A stretch of DNA of 64,000 nucleotides from an uncultured Flavobacteriales bacterium. Lineage in GTDB: Bacteria > Bacteroidota > Bacteroidia > Flavobacteriales > UBA1820. Below the pieces are notes generated by a model that worked only from the letters and a program-made list of their open reading frames with translations, was not told the origin of the DNA and searched no databases. The stretch spans positions 27,226-91,225 of the forward strand of contig CALJDR010000022.1 in NCBI GenBank assembly GCA_938023515.1. Reading direction: 5' to 3'. Made by a program: the position numbers and the translations under genes. Shown here piece after piece: positions 1 to 9,756 of this stretch. Each line of letters begins with the position of its first letter. Positions within the stretch are counted from its first letter, which is position 1.

Positions 1-2451
1 CGCAACGCGGTGGATAAAGAGAACGTGGAACTGCCTTCCGGCAGCATCGAAGGCAATACGATGGAGCTTTCTATCCGCACGATGGGCCTGATGACCACTG
101 CTCAGGAATTCAATAACCTGATCATCAAAGAAAGCGGGGGTAATATCGTGCGGTTCAGCGATGTGGGCTATGCCGAGGTGTCGCCGGAGGACCTGCGCAG
201 TATCCTGAAAAAGAACGGGGAGCCGATGGTTATCGACGTGATTGTTCCCCAGCCCGGCGCCAACCATATCGAGATCGCCGAGGAAGCCTACCGGCGTATC
301 GAACAGATCAAGAAAGACCTTCCGGAGGACGTTACGGTAGAAATGATGTACGACAACACGCGTTTCATCCGGGCCTCTATTAACGAAGTGCGCAATACCC
401 TGTACGAGGCGCTGGTGTTGGTGATTCTCATTATTTTCCTCTTCCTACGGGACTGGCGGGTCACTCTGATCCCCTGCGTAGTGATCCCGATATCCCTGGT
501 CGGGGCGTTCTTTGTGATGTATCTGGCGGGATTTTCCATCAACGTGCTCACGATGCTGGCCATCGTACTGGCGGTGGGGCTGGTGGTGGACGACGCTATC
601 GTGATGACCGAGAATATTTATGTCAAGATAGAGGAGGGGATGGATCCTAAAACGGCCGGGATCGAAGGCTCCCGGGAGATATTCTTCGCGGTAGTATCGA
701 CCACGATCACCCTGATATCGGTCTTTCTGCCCATCGTGTTCATGGAGGGCATGACCGGCCGACTGTTCAAGGAGTTCAGTATCGTTATCGCCGGGGCGGT
801 GGCTATTTCCGCTTTTGCAGCGCTTACCTTCACCCCGATGCTGGCTACCAAATTGCTAAAAAAGCACGATAACAAGAACTGGTTCTACCGCAAGACGGAG
901 CCCTTTTTCGTGGGAATGAACCGCCTGTACGAGCGCAGCTTGGATGCATTCCTCCGGCGCCGGATATGGGCGCTTCCTATTGTGGGCGTGCTGTTTGTCC
1001 TCACCTGGTTTTTCTGGACGCATATCCCGGCCGAACTGGCCCCGATGGAAGACCGTTCGATGGTGTCGGTCAATATGCGCGGCCCGGAAGGCAGTACGTT
1101 CGAGTTTATCCGGGACTATGCCGACCGTATTGCCTATATCGCCGATTCGATCGCGCCGGAGCGGCAGTCGCTCATGGCCCGTTCATCGAGCGGGAGCGGT
1201 TCCATCAACGTGATACTGCCCGATATTGCCGACCGTGAACGCTCGCAGATGGAGATCGCCGAACAGCTCTCCGCTGCTGTGCGGGGCGAGACCCAGGCGC
1301 GGGCTTTCGTGCAGCAGCAATCGACTTTCGGCGGCCGCCGCGGGGGGATGCCCATCCAGTACGTGCTCCAGACCACGAGCCTGGACAGCCTGCAAAAATA
1401 CCTGCCGGTGTTCATGGACAAGGTCAACGCCAGCCCGGTGTTCCAGATGGCCGACGTCAACCTGAAATTTACCAAACCGGAGGCGCATATCGAGATCGAC
1501 CGCGACAAAGCGACCCTTCTGGGGGTGAGCACCCGCAATATCGCCCAGACCTTGCAGTATGCCCTGTCGGGCCAGCGGGTCGGCTATTTCTACATGAACG
1601 GCAAACAATACCAGATACTGGGCGAGATCAACCGCCAACAGCGCAACAAACCGATCGATTTGAAATCCATCTACGTGCGCAGCGACCGAGGGGATATGAT
1701 ACAGCTCGATAACTTAGTGACGATCAAGGAGGCGGTCGCACCCCCGCAGTTGTACCGCTACAACCGCTTCGTGGCGGCTACCGTTTCCAGCGGTCTGGCC
1801 AAAGGCTATACGATCGGGGACGGGCTGGACGAGATGGATCGTATAGCGGCGGAAACGCTCGGCGACTCGTTCCGCACGGCCCTCTCCGGAGAATCCAAGG
1901 AATTCCGGGAGAGTTCGTCGAGCCTGATGTTCGCCATGGTGCTGGCCCTTGTCATGATCTATCTGGTGCTGGCCGCCCAGTTCGAGAGTTTCAAAGACCC
2001 GCTGGTGGTGATGTTCACCGTGCCGCTGGCTATTGCGGGCGCGTTGGCGTTCATGTATTTCGGCGGCATCACGATGAATATTTTCAGCCAGATCGGTATC
2101 ATTATGCTCATCGGGCTGGTGGCCAAGAATGGTATTTTGATCGTCGAATTCGCTAACCAGCGCCAACAGGCCGGCATGTCCATCGGGGAGGCGATCCGGG
2201 TGGCTTCCGTGCAGCGCCTGCGCCCGATCCTGATGACCAGCGCCTCCACGATATTGGGGCTCGTGCCGCTGGTGGTCGCTTCCGGCGAGGGGGCCAACGG
2301 GCGTATCGCGATGGGCGTAGCCGTAGTAGGCGGTATGTTAGTGTCTACCCTGTTGACACTGTTCATCGTGCCGGCTATGTACAGTTTTATCTCGACCGAC
2401 CGCAAGAAGAAACTGCTAAAAAATTATTCGGCTGACGCCGTAAAAGCATGA
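1..2451 (+). CDS. RND (AcrB/HAE1-type) efflux permease, 5'-truncated at window edge
   Basis: The frame is open from nt 1. The product exceeds 813 aa, has many TM blocks and carries AcrB-family strings (VVDDAIVMTENI, LVAKNGILIVEFANQ, RLRPILMTS). Its stop overlaps the next start (ATGA at 2448-2451). Confidence 0.9.
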   Translation, partial: RNAVDKENVELPSGSIEGNTMELSIRTMGLMTTAQEFNNLIIKESGGNIVRFSDVGYAEVSPEDLRSILKKNGEPMVIDVIVPQPGANHIEIAEEAYRRIEQIKKDLPEDVTVEMMYDNTRFIRASINEVRNTLYEALVLVILIIFLFLRDWRVTLIPCVVIPISLVGAFFVMYLAGFSINVLTMLAIVLAVGLVVDDAIVMTENIYVKIEEGMDPKTAGIEGSREIFFAVVSTTITLISVFLPIVFMEGMTGRLFKEFSIVIAGAVAISAFAALTFTPMLATKLLKKHDNKNWFYRKTEPFFVGMNRLYERSLDAFLRRRIWALPIVGVLFVLTWFFWTHIPAELAPMEDRSMVSVNMRGPEGSTFEFIRDYADRIAYIADSIAPERQSLMARSSSGSGSINVILPDIADRERSQMEIAEQLSAAVRGETQARAFVQQQSTFGGRRGGMPIQYVLQTTSLDSLQKYLPVFMDKVNASPVFQMADVNLKFTKPEAHIEIDRDKATLLGVSTRNIAQTLQYALSGQRVGYFYMNGKQYQILGEINRQQRNKPIDLKSIYVRSDRGDMIQLDNLVTIKEAVAPPQLYRYNRFVAATVSSGLAKGYTIGDGLDEMDRIAAETLGDSFRTALSGESKEFRESSSSLMFAMVLALVMIYLVLAAQFESFKDPLVVMFTVPLAIAGALAFMYFGGITMNIFSQIGIIMLIGLVAKNGILIVEFANQRQQAGMSIGEAIRVASVQRLRPILMTSASTILGLVPLVVASGEGANGRIAMGVAVVGGMLVSTLLTLFIVPAMYSFISTDRKKKLLKNYSADAVKA

Positions 2452-3806
2452 AGAGTACGGATATGAAAAAATACAGTGCGATGGCGGCAGTCGCCTTTTT
2501 GGCCGCCTTTCCCGGGTATGCCCAGACACAGGTGTACGACCTGAAAGAATGTGTGGAAAAAGGCCTTCGGGACAATTATTCCATCCGGATCGTCCGGGGC
2601 GAAGAGCAAGTGGCCAAAAACAATGCCATCATCGGGAATGCGGGCTACCTGCCTACGCTGGATTTCAGTGGCGGGGGCAGCGGCAGCGTCAACAACAACC
2701 GGAATCGGGCGGCTGCGGACGGGACGATAGACTCGTCGCATGGGGTGACCTCCGAAACGGCCAACGCCGGGCTGACCCTCAACTGGACGGTCTTCGACGG
2801 GCTGGGTATCCAGGCCCAGTACGCCCGGTTGAAGGAGCTCGAGATCATGGGCGAACTCGGCACCCGGATGGCGGTCGAGGATTTTATCGCGGATATTTCC
2901 AGCGAATATTACAATCTGATCCGCCAGCAGACACGCCTTGCCAACCTCCGCTCTTCGCTCGACCTCTCCCGCGAGCGGCTGCGTATCGTCGAGGTGAACT
3001 ACGCTACCGGATCGATGTCCGGACTCGATCTGAAACAAGCCCAGGTCGATTTCAATGCGGACAGTTCGAAAGTGATCAACCAATTGGAGGTCGTGCATGC
3101 CTCCCGCATCCGCCTGAACCGGCTGATGGCTGCCGGAAACGTTGAGGACCCCATTCATGTAAAGGATTCGCTGATCACTCCCGATGTCTCTCTGGACGAG
3201 CGGGAATTGTGGGAAAGCACCCTTTCGTCCAACGTGTCCCTGCAGATGGCCCAGAAAAACCTGTATCTTTCCGAACTGGACCTGAAAAAAGCACGCAGCC
3301 GGAATTATCCCTACGTCAAACTGAATGCCGGGTACGGCTATACCTCCACGTGGAACGGAACCGGAGCAACGGACCTGCAACAGCGTTTGGGCCTTAATTA
3401 CGGGGTGACGGTCGGCATCAATATTTTCGACGGAATGAACCGCCGCCGCGAACAGCGCAACGCCCGCATCCAGATCGACAACCAACAGCTCCGGGTAGAG
3501 GATACCGAACTGGGCCTGAGGGCCGATATGAGCAATCTGTGGATGGCCTACCGCAACAATATCGACCTGTGGAAGCTCGAAAAAGAGAATGTGGTAGTAG
3601 CCGAAGAGAACTATTCCATTGCGATGGACCGTTACAAACTGGGCGACCTTTCCGGTATCGAACTCCGTGAGGCGCAGAACAGCCTGCTGGAAGCCGAAGA
3701 GCGCCTTTCTATCGCCGAATACTCCATTAAAATATGCGAAATATCGCTGCTCCAGCTCAGCGGTTTGATTATCCAGTACATGTACCCTGAAAACTCGCAG
3801 GTATAA
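2448..3806 (+). CDS. TolC-family outer-membrane efflux protein, partner of the RND pump
   Basis: 452 aa with a signal peptide (AAFPGYAQ). The two-repeat OEP architecture shows typical LDLSRERL / LREAQNSLLEAE coiled segments. It is translationally coupled to the RND gene. Confidence 0.85.
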   Translation: MKSTDMKKYSAMAAVAFLAAFPGYAQTQVYDLKECVEKGLRDNYSIRIVRGEEQVAKNNAIIGNAGYLPTLDFSGGGSGSVNNNRNRAAADGTIDSSHGVTSETANAGLTLNWTVFDGLGIQAQYARLKELEIMGELGTRMAVEDFIADISSEYYNLIRQQTRLANLRSSLDLSRERLRIVEVNYATGSMSGLDLKQAQVDFNADSSKVINQLEVVHASRIRLNRLMAAGNVEDPIHVKDSLITPDVSLDERELWESTLSSNVSLQMAQKNLYLSELDLKKARSRNYPYVKLNAGYGYTSTWNGTGATDLQQRLGLNYGVTVGINIFDGMNRRREQRNARIQIDNQQLRVEDTELGLRADMSNLWMAYRNNIDLWKLEKENVVVAEENYSIAMDRYKLGDLSGIELREAQNSLLEAEERLSIAEYSIKICEISLLQLSGLIIQYMYPENSQV

Positions 3807-4075
3807 TTTTAATGGCGACCGGGGGAGGGCAGGAAAATGTAAAAAACGCTAATCGAACAAAATATAAAATCCCGCCCCCGGCGCTTGTCTGACAACACAC
3901 ATATGTCCTTGTTTCTTCGGTGTAAAGATATAAAAAATCATATATATATGCTTTTTATTAACTTTTAAATTATCAGAATTGTTCTTTATTTCCGGTTTTT
4001 CTGCATCGGGAAGGGGGCGATGCTTTTCAGATATGCTCTTGAGGTCTTTGTGGGGCCAATCGAGCTTGCGAAAAA

Positions 4076-4417
4076 ATGTTTTATCTTACATATAAGTGCC
4101 CGCACAAAAATAAAGGTACATATATGACAAGATTGGACAAAGTAACCGTATACCTCACCGCCTCCAATGGGCGGGAAGAGGCGGTTACCCTCGAAAACAA
4201 CGCTGACAAGTATTATTCTTTTGCCGAAGCGCTCAAAAAGGCTCGTGCCCGCCGGAAGATTTCCCAATCCCAATTGGCACAGCTTTGCGGGTTTGCTTCC
4301 CCTACTTATGTGTCGCGCATCGAACAGGGGCTGATCAATCCCAGCCAAAAAACCATGCAGCGTATTCTGGAGGCATTGGGATATCGTTTAGGCTATGTAG
4401 TCGAACCCAGAGAATAA
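4076..4417 (+). CDS. XRE-family helix-turn-helix transcriptional regulator
   Basis: The C-terminal HTH_3 signature is KISQSQLAQLCGFASPTYVSRIEQGLINPS. The true start may be the ATG at 4124 (MTRLDKV...). Confidence 0.6.
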   Translation: MFYLTYKCPHKNKGTYMTRLDKVTVYLTASNGREEAVTLENNADKYYSFAEALKKARARRKISQSQLAQLCGFASPTYVSRIEQGLINPSQKTMQRILEALGYRLGYVVEPRE

Positions 4418-4447
4418 CCATTCAGATAGTATCTATATTCTAAAACT

Positions 4448-5443
4448 ATGAAAAACATCCAAATGCGATTTCTTGCCTTTTTTGCAATCGCCTGCTTTGT
4501 TTTCCTGGCGGCCTGCTCCTGCAGTAAACACGACCTCGACCCGCGGTATGTGACGACCGATTATTCAATGGCGAACAACTGGCTGGTTAATCCCCAGGGG
4601 AGTGGCTCTAAGGCGGTGGATGTCTTTTATCTCTATCCGACCACCTATTCCGGCGCGGAAAATTCCTGTCCTGTTTCCGATGCGGGAATGCGGGCCGGTG
4701 CGACAAAAAACCGCCAGTCCAATGCTTCTGTATACGAACAGACGGCCAATCTGTATATGCCGTTCTACAGGCAGATGAGTGCCTCTTATGTCCTTACCCT
4801 GCCGGAGGCGGAACACGATAAAGCAATGCGGGAAATCCCGGCCGTGGATGGCCTGGAAGCATTCAAGTACTATATCGAGCATTACAACGGCGGGCGGCCC
4901 TTCCTGCTGGCCGGACACTCGCAGGGGTCCAATACCCTGCTGTACGTCATCGAATACCTGAAAGAAAAACCCGAACTGATGGAGCGCTTTATCGCTGCAT
5001 ATATCATCGGCTATTCCGTAACGCCGGACTTTTTGCAGAAGAATCCCCATGTTTCGTTCGCGCAAGGGCGCACAGACCAGAAGGTACTTATATCCTGGAA
5101 TACCGAATCGCCGGGACTGACGGTGCCCAATCCGGTCGTTACCCCGGGGGCGCTGGCTATCAATCCGATCACCTGGACTACGGGAGAAGCCTATGCCGGT
5201 GCGGATCAAAGCTTGGGTGCGCGCCTGGAGGAGAACGGCGGGTTCATAGACCGCCCCCATTTTGCCGATGCACAAGTGGATCGCGGGCGAGGCGTAGTGG
5301 TATGTTCGACGGTCGATCCGGAAGATTATCGGATACCCATTGCGATATTCCCGCTGGGAGTGCTGCACGGTTGTGATTACCCGTTTTATTATTACGATTT
5401 GCAACAGAACGTGGCCGACCGGGTGGCGGCGTATTTCCAATAG
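4448..5443 (+). CDS. DUF3089-like alpha/beta-hydrolase lipoprotein
   Basis: It has a lipoprotein signal (FLAACSC) and a nucleophile-elbow GHSQGS in a fold-consistent position. The antisense 291-aa ORF is judged spurious. Confidence 0.7.
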   Translation: MKNIQMRFLAFFAIACFVFLAACSCSKHDLDPRYVTTDYSMANNWLVNPQGSGSKAVDVFYLYPTTYSGAENSCPVSDAGMRAGATKNRQSNASVYEQTANLYMPFYRQMSASYVLTLPEAEHDKAMREIPAVDGLEAFKYYIEHYNGGRPFLLAGHSQGSNTLLYVIEYLKEKPELMERFIAAYIIGYSVTPDFLQKNPHVSFAQGRTDQKVLISWNTESPGLTVPNPVVTPGALAINPITWTTGEAYAGADQSLGARLEENGGFIDRPHFADAQVDRGRGVVVCSTVDPEDYRIPIAIFPLGVLHGCDYPFYYYDLQQNVADRVAAYFQ

Positions 5444-5690
5444 AATCCCGTAGCTGACCGACTAAAGGAATTCACATTTCGCGCGTATTTTTCCGCTACT
5501 CTATATTCGTTGCATGAAAAATTGCTGAGCGAAGCGTTGCACATTTGACGCTTTTGATCGTCCGGGAAAAATAATGTTTAAAAAAACAATAAGTAGGTAT
5601 AGGCTATTAAAATTCTTTTAATGATTTGTTCCTTTTTTGATAATGAGATTAAAAAACAGACGATATTTGTCCGTCAAAACCTATACAATC

Positions 5691-6734
5691 ATGAAAAAAA
5701 TAGCACTGCTTTTTATCGGGCTTCTCTTGATTGTGGCGTCCTGTCATCCGCCGAAAGACAATCAAAAAACCCTTTTATGGAAAATTTCGGGGAACGGTTT
5801 GCAAAAACCATCCTATTTATTCGGGACATGGAACGGAGACACGCAGTTGAGGAATCGGTCCTTTTTGGACAGTATTCCGTTCTTTTATGAAACCCTCGAT
5901 TCGGCCGAAGTGTTTGCCGGTACGCAGGTGAATATAAAAGAGGCAATGGATAGTAGCAGCATCGAATTCCGGAAAAACCTTTCCAAAGAGTTCCTAATGC
6001 CGGGGGATACGTTGTTCAAAGACCTGTTGGATGAAGAGCAGATCGCGAAGCTGGATATTTTTCTTCGGAGAAAATTAAATGGGAGGATGACATCGGCCCG
6101 CATAAATCTAAAGCCGTCCGCCGCCTTTTTTTTATGGCCCAGAATATGGTGGAAATGAAGGTGCGGAAAAATACCAAAAAAAGCTGAATGAATTGGATGC
6201 CTCCGATAGTTTGTACACAAAAAAAAGAGAACAATTGCTGGCGGAAGTAGATATAATGGATCGGTATCTGCAAAAGTATTCCTACACCCATCAAAAAAAG
6301 TGGTGGGATTGGATGAACTGGCCGGGTGTGACATAAATGTCCTGTTCCAAAGCGGGAAAACCTTGAAAGAGGAGGCGGATTCCTTGATGTCTTTTATAAC
6401 TAATTATGATTCTGCAAATTACATGGAATCGATGGAAGAACAGATCGCCGATCTGCGGAAAGCTTACCGGGGACAGGATATATTTAAGGTCTATGAAGAG
6501 AAAGGCAAACAATTGCAAAAATTGAACGATCTGAATCCGGGCGATTCTTTGGCCTTGGAAAAATTGATGAAGGGGGTTTTGACTGACCGCAATTATAATT
6601 GGATGAAGATCATTCCGGGCATAATAAAAGAAAAATCTACTTTTATTGCCGTGGGCGCCGTCCATTTGGGCGGGGAAGAAGGGTTGATCAACTTGCTGAA
6701 AAAAGAAGGCTATACGATGGAGCCCATCAATTAA
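5691..6734 (+). pseudogene. TraB/GumN-family protein gene interrupted by three -1 frameshifts in homopolymer runs
   Basis: The N-terminal piece (LLWKISG..SYLFGTWNG) and C-terminal piece (FIAVGAVHLGGEEGLINLLKKEGY) are both GumN-like. The middle is readable only by shifting frame at T8 (6126-6133), A7 (6176-6182) and A7 (6293-6299), which yields VDIMDRYLQKYSYTHQKK-VVGLDE. Confidence 0.7.
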
Positions 6735-6848
6735 AAATCTGACAGATCACGGGAGTTAATCCCGGGATTGTTGTTTTTTTGGCAAGTTTGGATGTCCGAC
6801 CGCATTAAATGGTTACTTTTGTAAAAACCATTTTGAAACTACATATTC

Positions 6849-8138
6849 ATGAAAAGAAAACTGATGTTTTTTCTGGCCCTTGTATTGGGCCTGACGTTTG
6901 CCGCATCGGCCCAGACGGGTCAAAAAAGCGGAGAAAGCGATGCTTACACCATCATCACAAACCCGGGAGAGAATGCTTCGAAAGAAGTCCGTATCAATTG
7001 GCATACCGACTTGGGAACCAGGAAAAGCTATTGCATCTATACCAAGCGCAGCGATACGCAATGGAAAAATGCAAAAAAGGTTAAAGCGAAACAGCACTTA
7101 TGTACGGTTTACGACAGCTTGTACTCTAAAAAAGCCTCGGGTGAAAATTTTTATGAAGAGGCCCGTTTCCTGCGGTGTACCGTTGCGTTGAACCGCCTCG
7201 AACCGGCTACTGAGTATATGTACCGGGTCGGATCGGAAGAAATGAGCGAAGTCCATTATTTTAAGACGGCACCCGAATCAGGGTCGTGGACAGCCGGGAT
7301 CATTTCCGATTTCCATTCGTACACGCCGCTCCCCAAACGGCTGGAGGCAGCGATGGATATGGTAGAGACGCTGGAAGGCCGTAACGGGAAGGATTTTGAT
7401 TTTATGCTGCACGCAGGGGATATCTGTGCGTGGGGCGGCAGTTATTCCTTCTGGAAACGTCTGTATGCCGAGCCTTATTTTTCAAAATATATGTGGGCGG
7501 GAGTCAATGGCAACCACGATAATATGGACCGCCAGTCCGCCAAATTGTCGAACCAGTACTTCCGGTTTGCGAATAACAATCCCGAGAACGGTTATAAGGG
7601 AGAAGAGGGCGTTTGCTATTATTTCAAATACAACGATGCCCTGTTCATTATGCTCAATAACGAAAATATGCGCAGTGCAGAAGGTTTGGCGGAAGCCCAG
7701 GAATGGGTCAAAAAAGTGATTCAATCCAATCCGGCCAAGTATATCATCGTGATGGAACACTACCAATGGTTCTTGGGCGACAATGGAAAAGCTTCGCAAT
7801 ATGCCCGCTGGAAAGAATTATTCGACGAGTATGGCGTGGATTTGGCAATCGCTGGGAACAATCACATCTATGCGCGCACCAATGCCATATATCAGGATAA
7901 GGAAACCGACGGGACAAAAGGAACCGTCTACTTGCAGACCCCCTCTTCGGATAACGAGCGCGGACGGGATTTGGGGGAATGGACAGACAATACCGATTTG
8001 ATCAAATACAGATGGACAGAAGGCGCCCGTACAGTAGGGGCCCTGATCATGGATGCAGATAATGATAAACTGCATTTGACGCTGTACGACCGCAACGGCA
8101 ATGTAATCGACGAGGTATCGGTGTTGGCTAAGAGATAA
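6849..8138 (+). CDS. Secreted calcineurin-like metallophosphoesterase (purple-acid-phosphatase-like)
   Basis: It has a signal peptide and an N-terminal PAP-type beta domain (VRINWHTD...YMYRVGS). The metallophosphatase motifs GDICAWGG, GNHD and GNNH are present. Confidence 0.8.
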   Translation: MKRKLMFFLALVLGLTFAASAQTGQKSGESDAYTIITNPGENASKEVRINWHTDLGTRKSYCIYTKRSDTQWKNAKKVKAKQHLCTVYDSLYSKKASGENFYEEARFLRCTVALNRLEPATEYMYRVGSEEMSEVHYFKTAPESGSWTAGIISDFHSYTPLPKRLEAAMDMVETLEGRNGKDFDFMLHAGDICAWGGSYSFWKRLYAEPYFSKYMWAGVNGNHDNMDRQSAKLSNQYFRFANNNPENGYKGEEGVCYYFKYNDALFIMLNNENMRSAEGLAEAQEWVKKVIQSNPAKYIIVMEHYQWFLGDNGKASQYARWKELFDEYGVDLAIAGNNHIYARTNAIYQDKETDGTKGTVYLQTPSSDNERGRDLGEWTDNTDLIKYRWTEGARTVGALIMDADNDKLHLTLYDRNGNVIDEVSVLAKR

Positions 8139-8159
8139 AAATACATTAACTGAAAAACG

Positions 8160-8188
8160 AAAGCCCTCACAGTACTGTGAGGGCTTTT
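8160..8188. terminator. Bidirectional rho-independent terminator
   Basis: AAAGCCCTCACA-GTAC-TGTGAGGGCTTT forms a 12-bp stem. It is followed by TTTT on the + strand and by TCGTTTTTC on the - strand. It sits between the phosphoesterase stop and the tRNA 3' end. Confidence 0.7.
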
Positions 8189-8192
8189 CTTG

Positions 8193-8266
8193 TGACCCCG
8201 GAAGGATTCAAACCTTCAACCTTCAGAGCCGTAATCTGATGCTCTATTCAGTTAAGCTACGGGGCC
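8193..8266 (-). tRNA. tRNA-Arg (anticodon ACG)
   Basis: The reverse complement folds by hand into a 74-nt cloverleaf. It has acceptor GGCCCCG/CGGGGTC, D arm GCTT..GAGC, anticodon stem TCAGA/TCTGA with loop TTACGGC, T arm GAAGG-TTTGAAT-CCTTC and discriminator A. No CCA is encoded. Confidence 0.9.
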
Positions 8267-8287
8267 GGCTTTGTCGTAAGACGGATG

Positions 8288-8295
8288 CAAATGTA
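8288..8295 (-). promoter_or_regulatory. Candidate Bacteroidetes -7 box (TACATTTG) for the tRNA-Arg gene
   Basis: It matches TAnnTTTG and lies 21 nt upstream of the tRNA 5' end. Confidence 0.35.
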
Positions 8296-8450
8296 CCGTG
8301 AAAAAATCTTTTGTGCAAATTTTGCGGCCAAATTTTAGGAACGGAATCGCTTAGCCCATTTAATCAGAATAATAGTCTTGCCATTTTAGGCCTATTGTTC
8401 TCATATTTGCTGGTCGGGGGAAAATTTACAATGGCCCCGATATTTCTTTC

Positions 8451-9743
8451 CTAAAATTCGAGTTCGAATACAGTACCTTCGGTGGAAGGTATTATGCGGA
8501 TATTTCCCTCATGACGACGTAGGATTTGGCGGGAAATGCTTAGTCCGATTCCCGAGCCCCCTTCTTTTGTAGTAAAGAACGGCACGAATATTTGCTGAGC
8601 AGTTTCATCGGGTATTCCGGGGCCGTTATCGGCTATGGTTATCAGAATTTTTCCGGTGCGGCCTTTTTTGGCCGTGATATCTATTTTTCCACCTGCCGTA
8701 TTTCCTAAAGCTTCCATCGAGTTTTTGACCAGGTTCATCAATACCTGGGTCAGTAATTTTTCATCCCCATAACCTGTCAATTGGTCTGGTTCTATATATG
8801 TGGTAATGGAAACTTTTTCGCTCGGATTCAATTGAAGGATGCGTTCCAACAGGGAAGAAACGGGGAAAAGAGCCATTTGCGGGTCAGGGATGCGGGTGAT
8901 TTTCCGGTACGAGTCCACGAAAGAAACGAGCGCCTTTCCGGTCGAACTGATCGTTTCCAATCCTTTCCGCAAATCGGTATCTTCTTCCCTTACCAATCCG
9001 GTCAGTGTGTCCGAGAGGGAGGTGATGGGGGTAATGCTGTTCATGATCTCGTGCGTCAGTACCCGGATAAGGCGTATCCAGGATTGTATTTCTTTTTCAT
9101 CGAGTTCTCCTCGTATATCCGATAAGGCCAGGATGCGAAGATCTTTGCCCTTGACCTCTACTTCGGATATAGTGACCGAAAGATCGGCGATACCTCTTTC
9201 ATTGTTTATCTGGCATTGTAGATGGCCGCCTGTGGGAGCGGAAAGAAGCCTGTCGGGGAAATTTTCGTCGAAACTTTTCAATTGGCGCAGATGCGTTAGC
9301 CGTTCTGCGCCGCCGAATAGTTTGAGGGCTGCACTGTTCACCTGATAAACCCTTCCATCGTAATCTGCGATAATTACGCCTGTGGATACGCTTTCCAGGA
9401 TTAGTTCGTAGAATCTTTCCCGTTCGGTTATTTCTGCCTTGGTTTTGGCCATGATATCCTTTATACGGTTTAGTGCTGCATTGAAGAGCATCTCGCTGGT
9501 CGAACCGTTTTGTTCGGAAAATTTGAAATTAAAATCGTCATTTTCCAGCGAATTGAACATAAAGGTCACTTTGTGCAAGTCTTTCCGGTGCAGCCATATA
9601 CCGCGTATGGTAAATATAAGGGAGAGAAAAAGGAGTATGATCGCGGTCGTATACCATTCGGCGGCGAGACAAAATCCCCCTATCCCTGCATATATTACGG
9701 CGGCGAGAATGGAGATGGCCAGATTGTGGGAAGAAATTTTCAC
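8451..9743 (-). CDS. Two-component sensor histidine kinase (NtrB-like partner of the sigma-54 activator)
   Basis: It has an H-box LTHEIMNSITPI, N-box NLVKNSMEA, G1 DNGPGIP and G2 GGSGIGLSISRQIL, with two N-terminal TM segments. The ORF is open to 9839, but that stretch overlaps the upstream gene by 83 nt. GTG at 9743 is the first plausible start after the regulator stop. Confidence 0.85.
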   Translation of the reverse strand: MKISSHNLAISILAAVIYAGIGGFCLAAEWYTTAIILLFLSLIFTIRGIWLHRKDLHKVTFMFNSLENDDFNFKFSEQNGSTSEMLFNAALNRIKDIMAKTKAEITERERFYELILESVSTGVIIADYDGRVYQVNSAALKLFGGAERLTHLRQLKSFDENFPDRLLSAPTGGHLQCQINNERGIADLSVTISEVEVKGKDLRILALSDIRGELDEKEIQSWIRLIRVLTHEIMNSITPITSLSDTLTGLVREEDTDLRKGLETISSTGKALVSFVDSYRKITRIPDPQMALFPVSSLLERILQLNPSEKVSITTYIEPDQLTGYGDEKLLTQVLMNLVKNSMEALGNTAGGKIDITAKKGRTGKILITIADNGPGIPDETAQQIFVPFFTTKEGGSGIGLSISRQILRRHEGNIRIIPSTEGTVFELEF

Positions 9744-9756
9744 GATTCGCAGGGGA

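Noticed and set aside
4275-4288. TGGCAC-AGCT-TTGC, a sigma-54-like element about 160 nt upstream of the DUF3089 gene
   Set aside because: The spacer is one nt short, so GG and GC are not at the canonical distance. The sequence lies inside the XRE-gene coding sequence (QLAQLCGF), and no TGTC-N9-GACA sites accompany it.
3807-8192. Possible tRNA-Arg-linked genomic islet containing an orphan XRE regulator, DUF3089 lipase-like gene, GumN pseudogene and secreted phosphoesterase, with visibly lower G+C in parts
   Set aside because: There is no integrase, recombinase or mobility gene. I found no direct repeat of the tRNA 3' end (GACCCCGGAAGG...) at the far boundary. Comparable low-G+C stretches occur in core genes here, such as bamA and the histidine kinase, so composition alone is not evidence.
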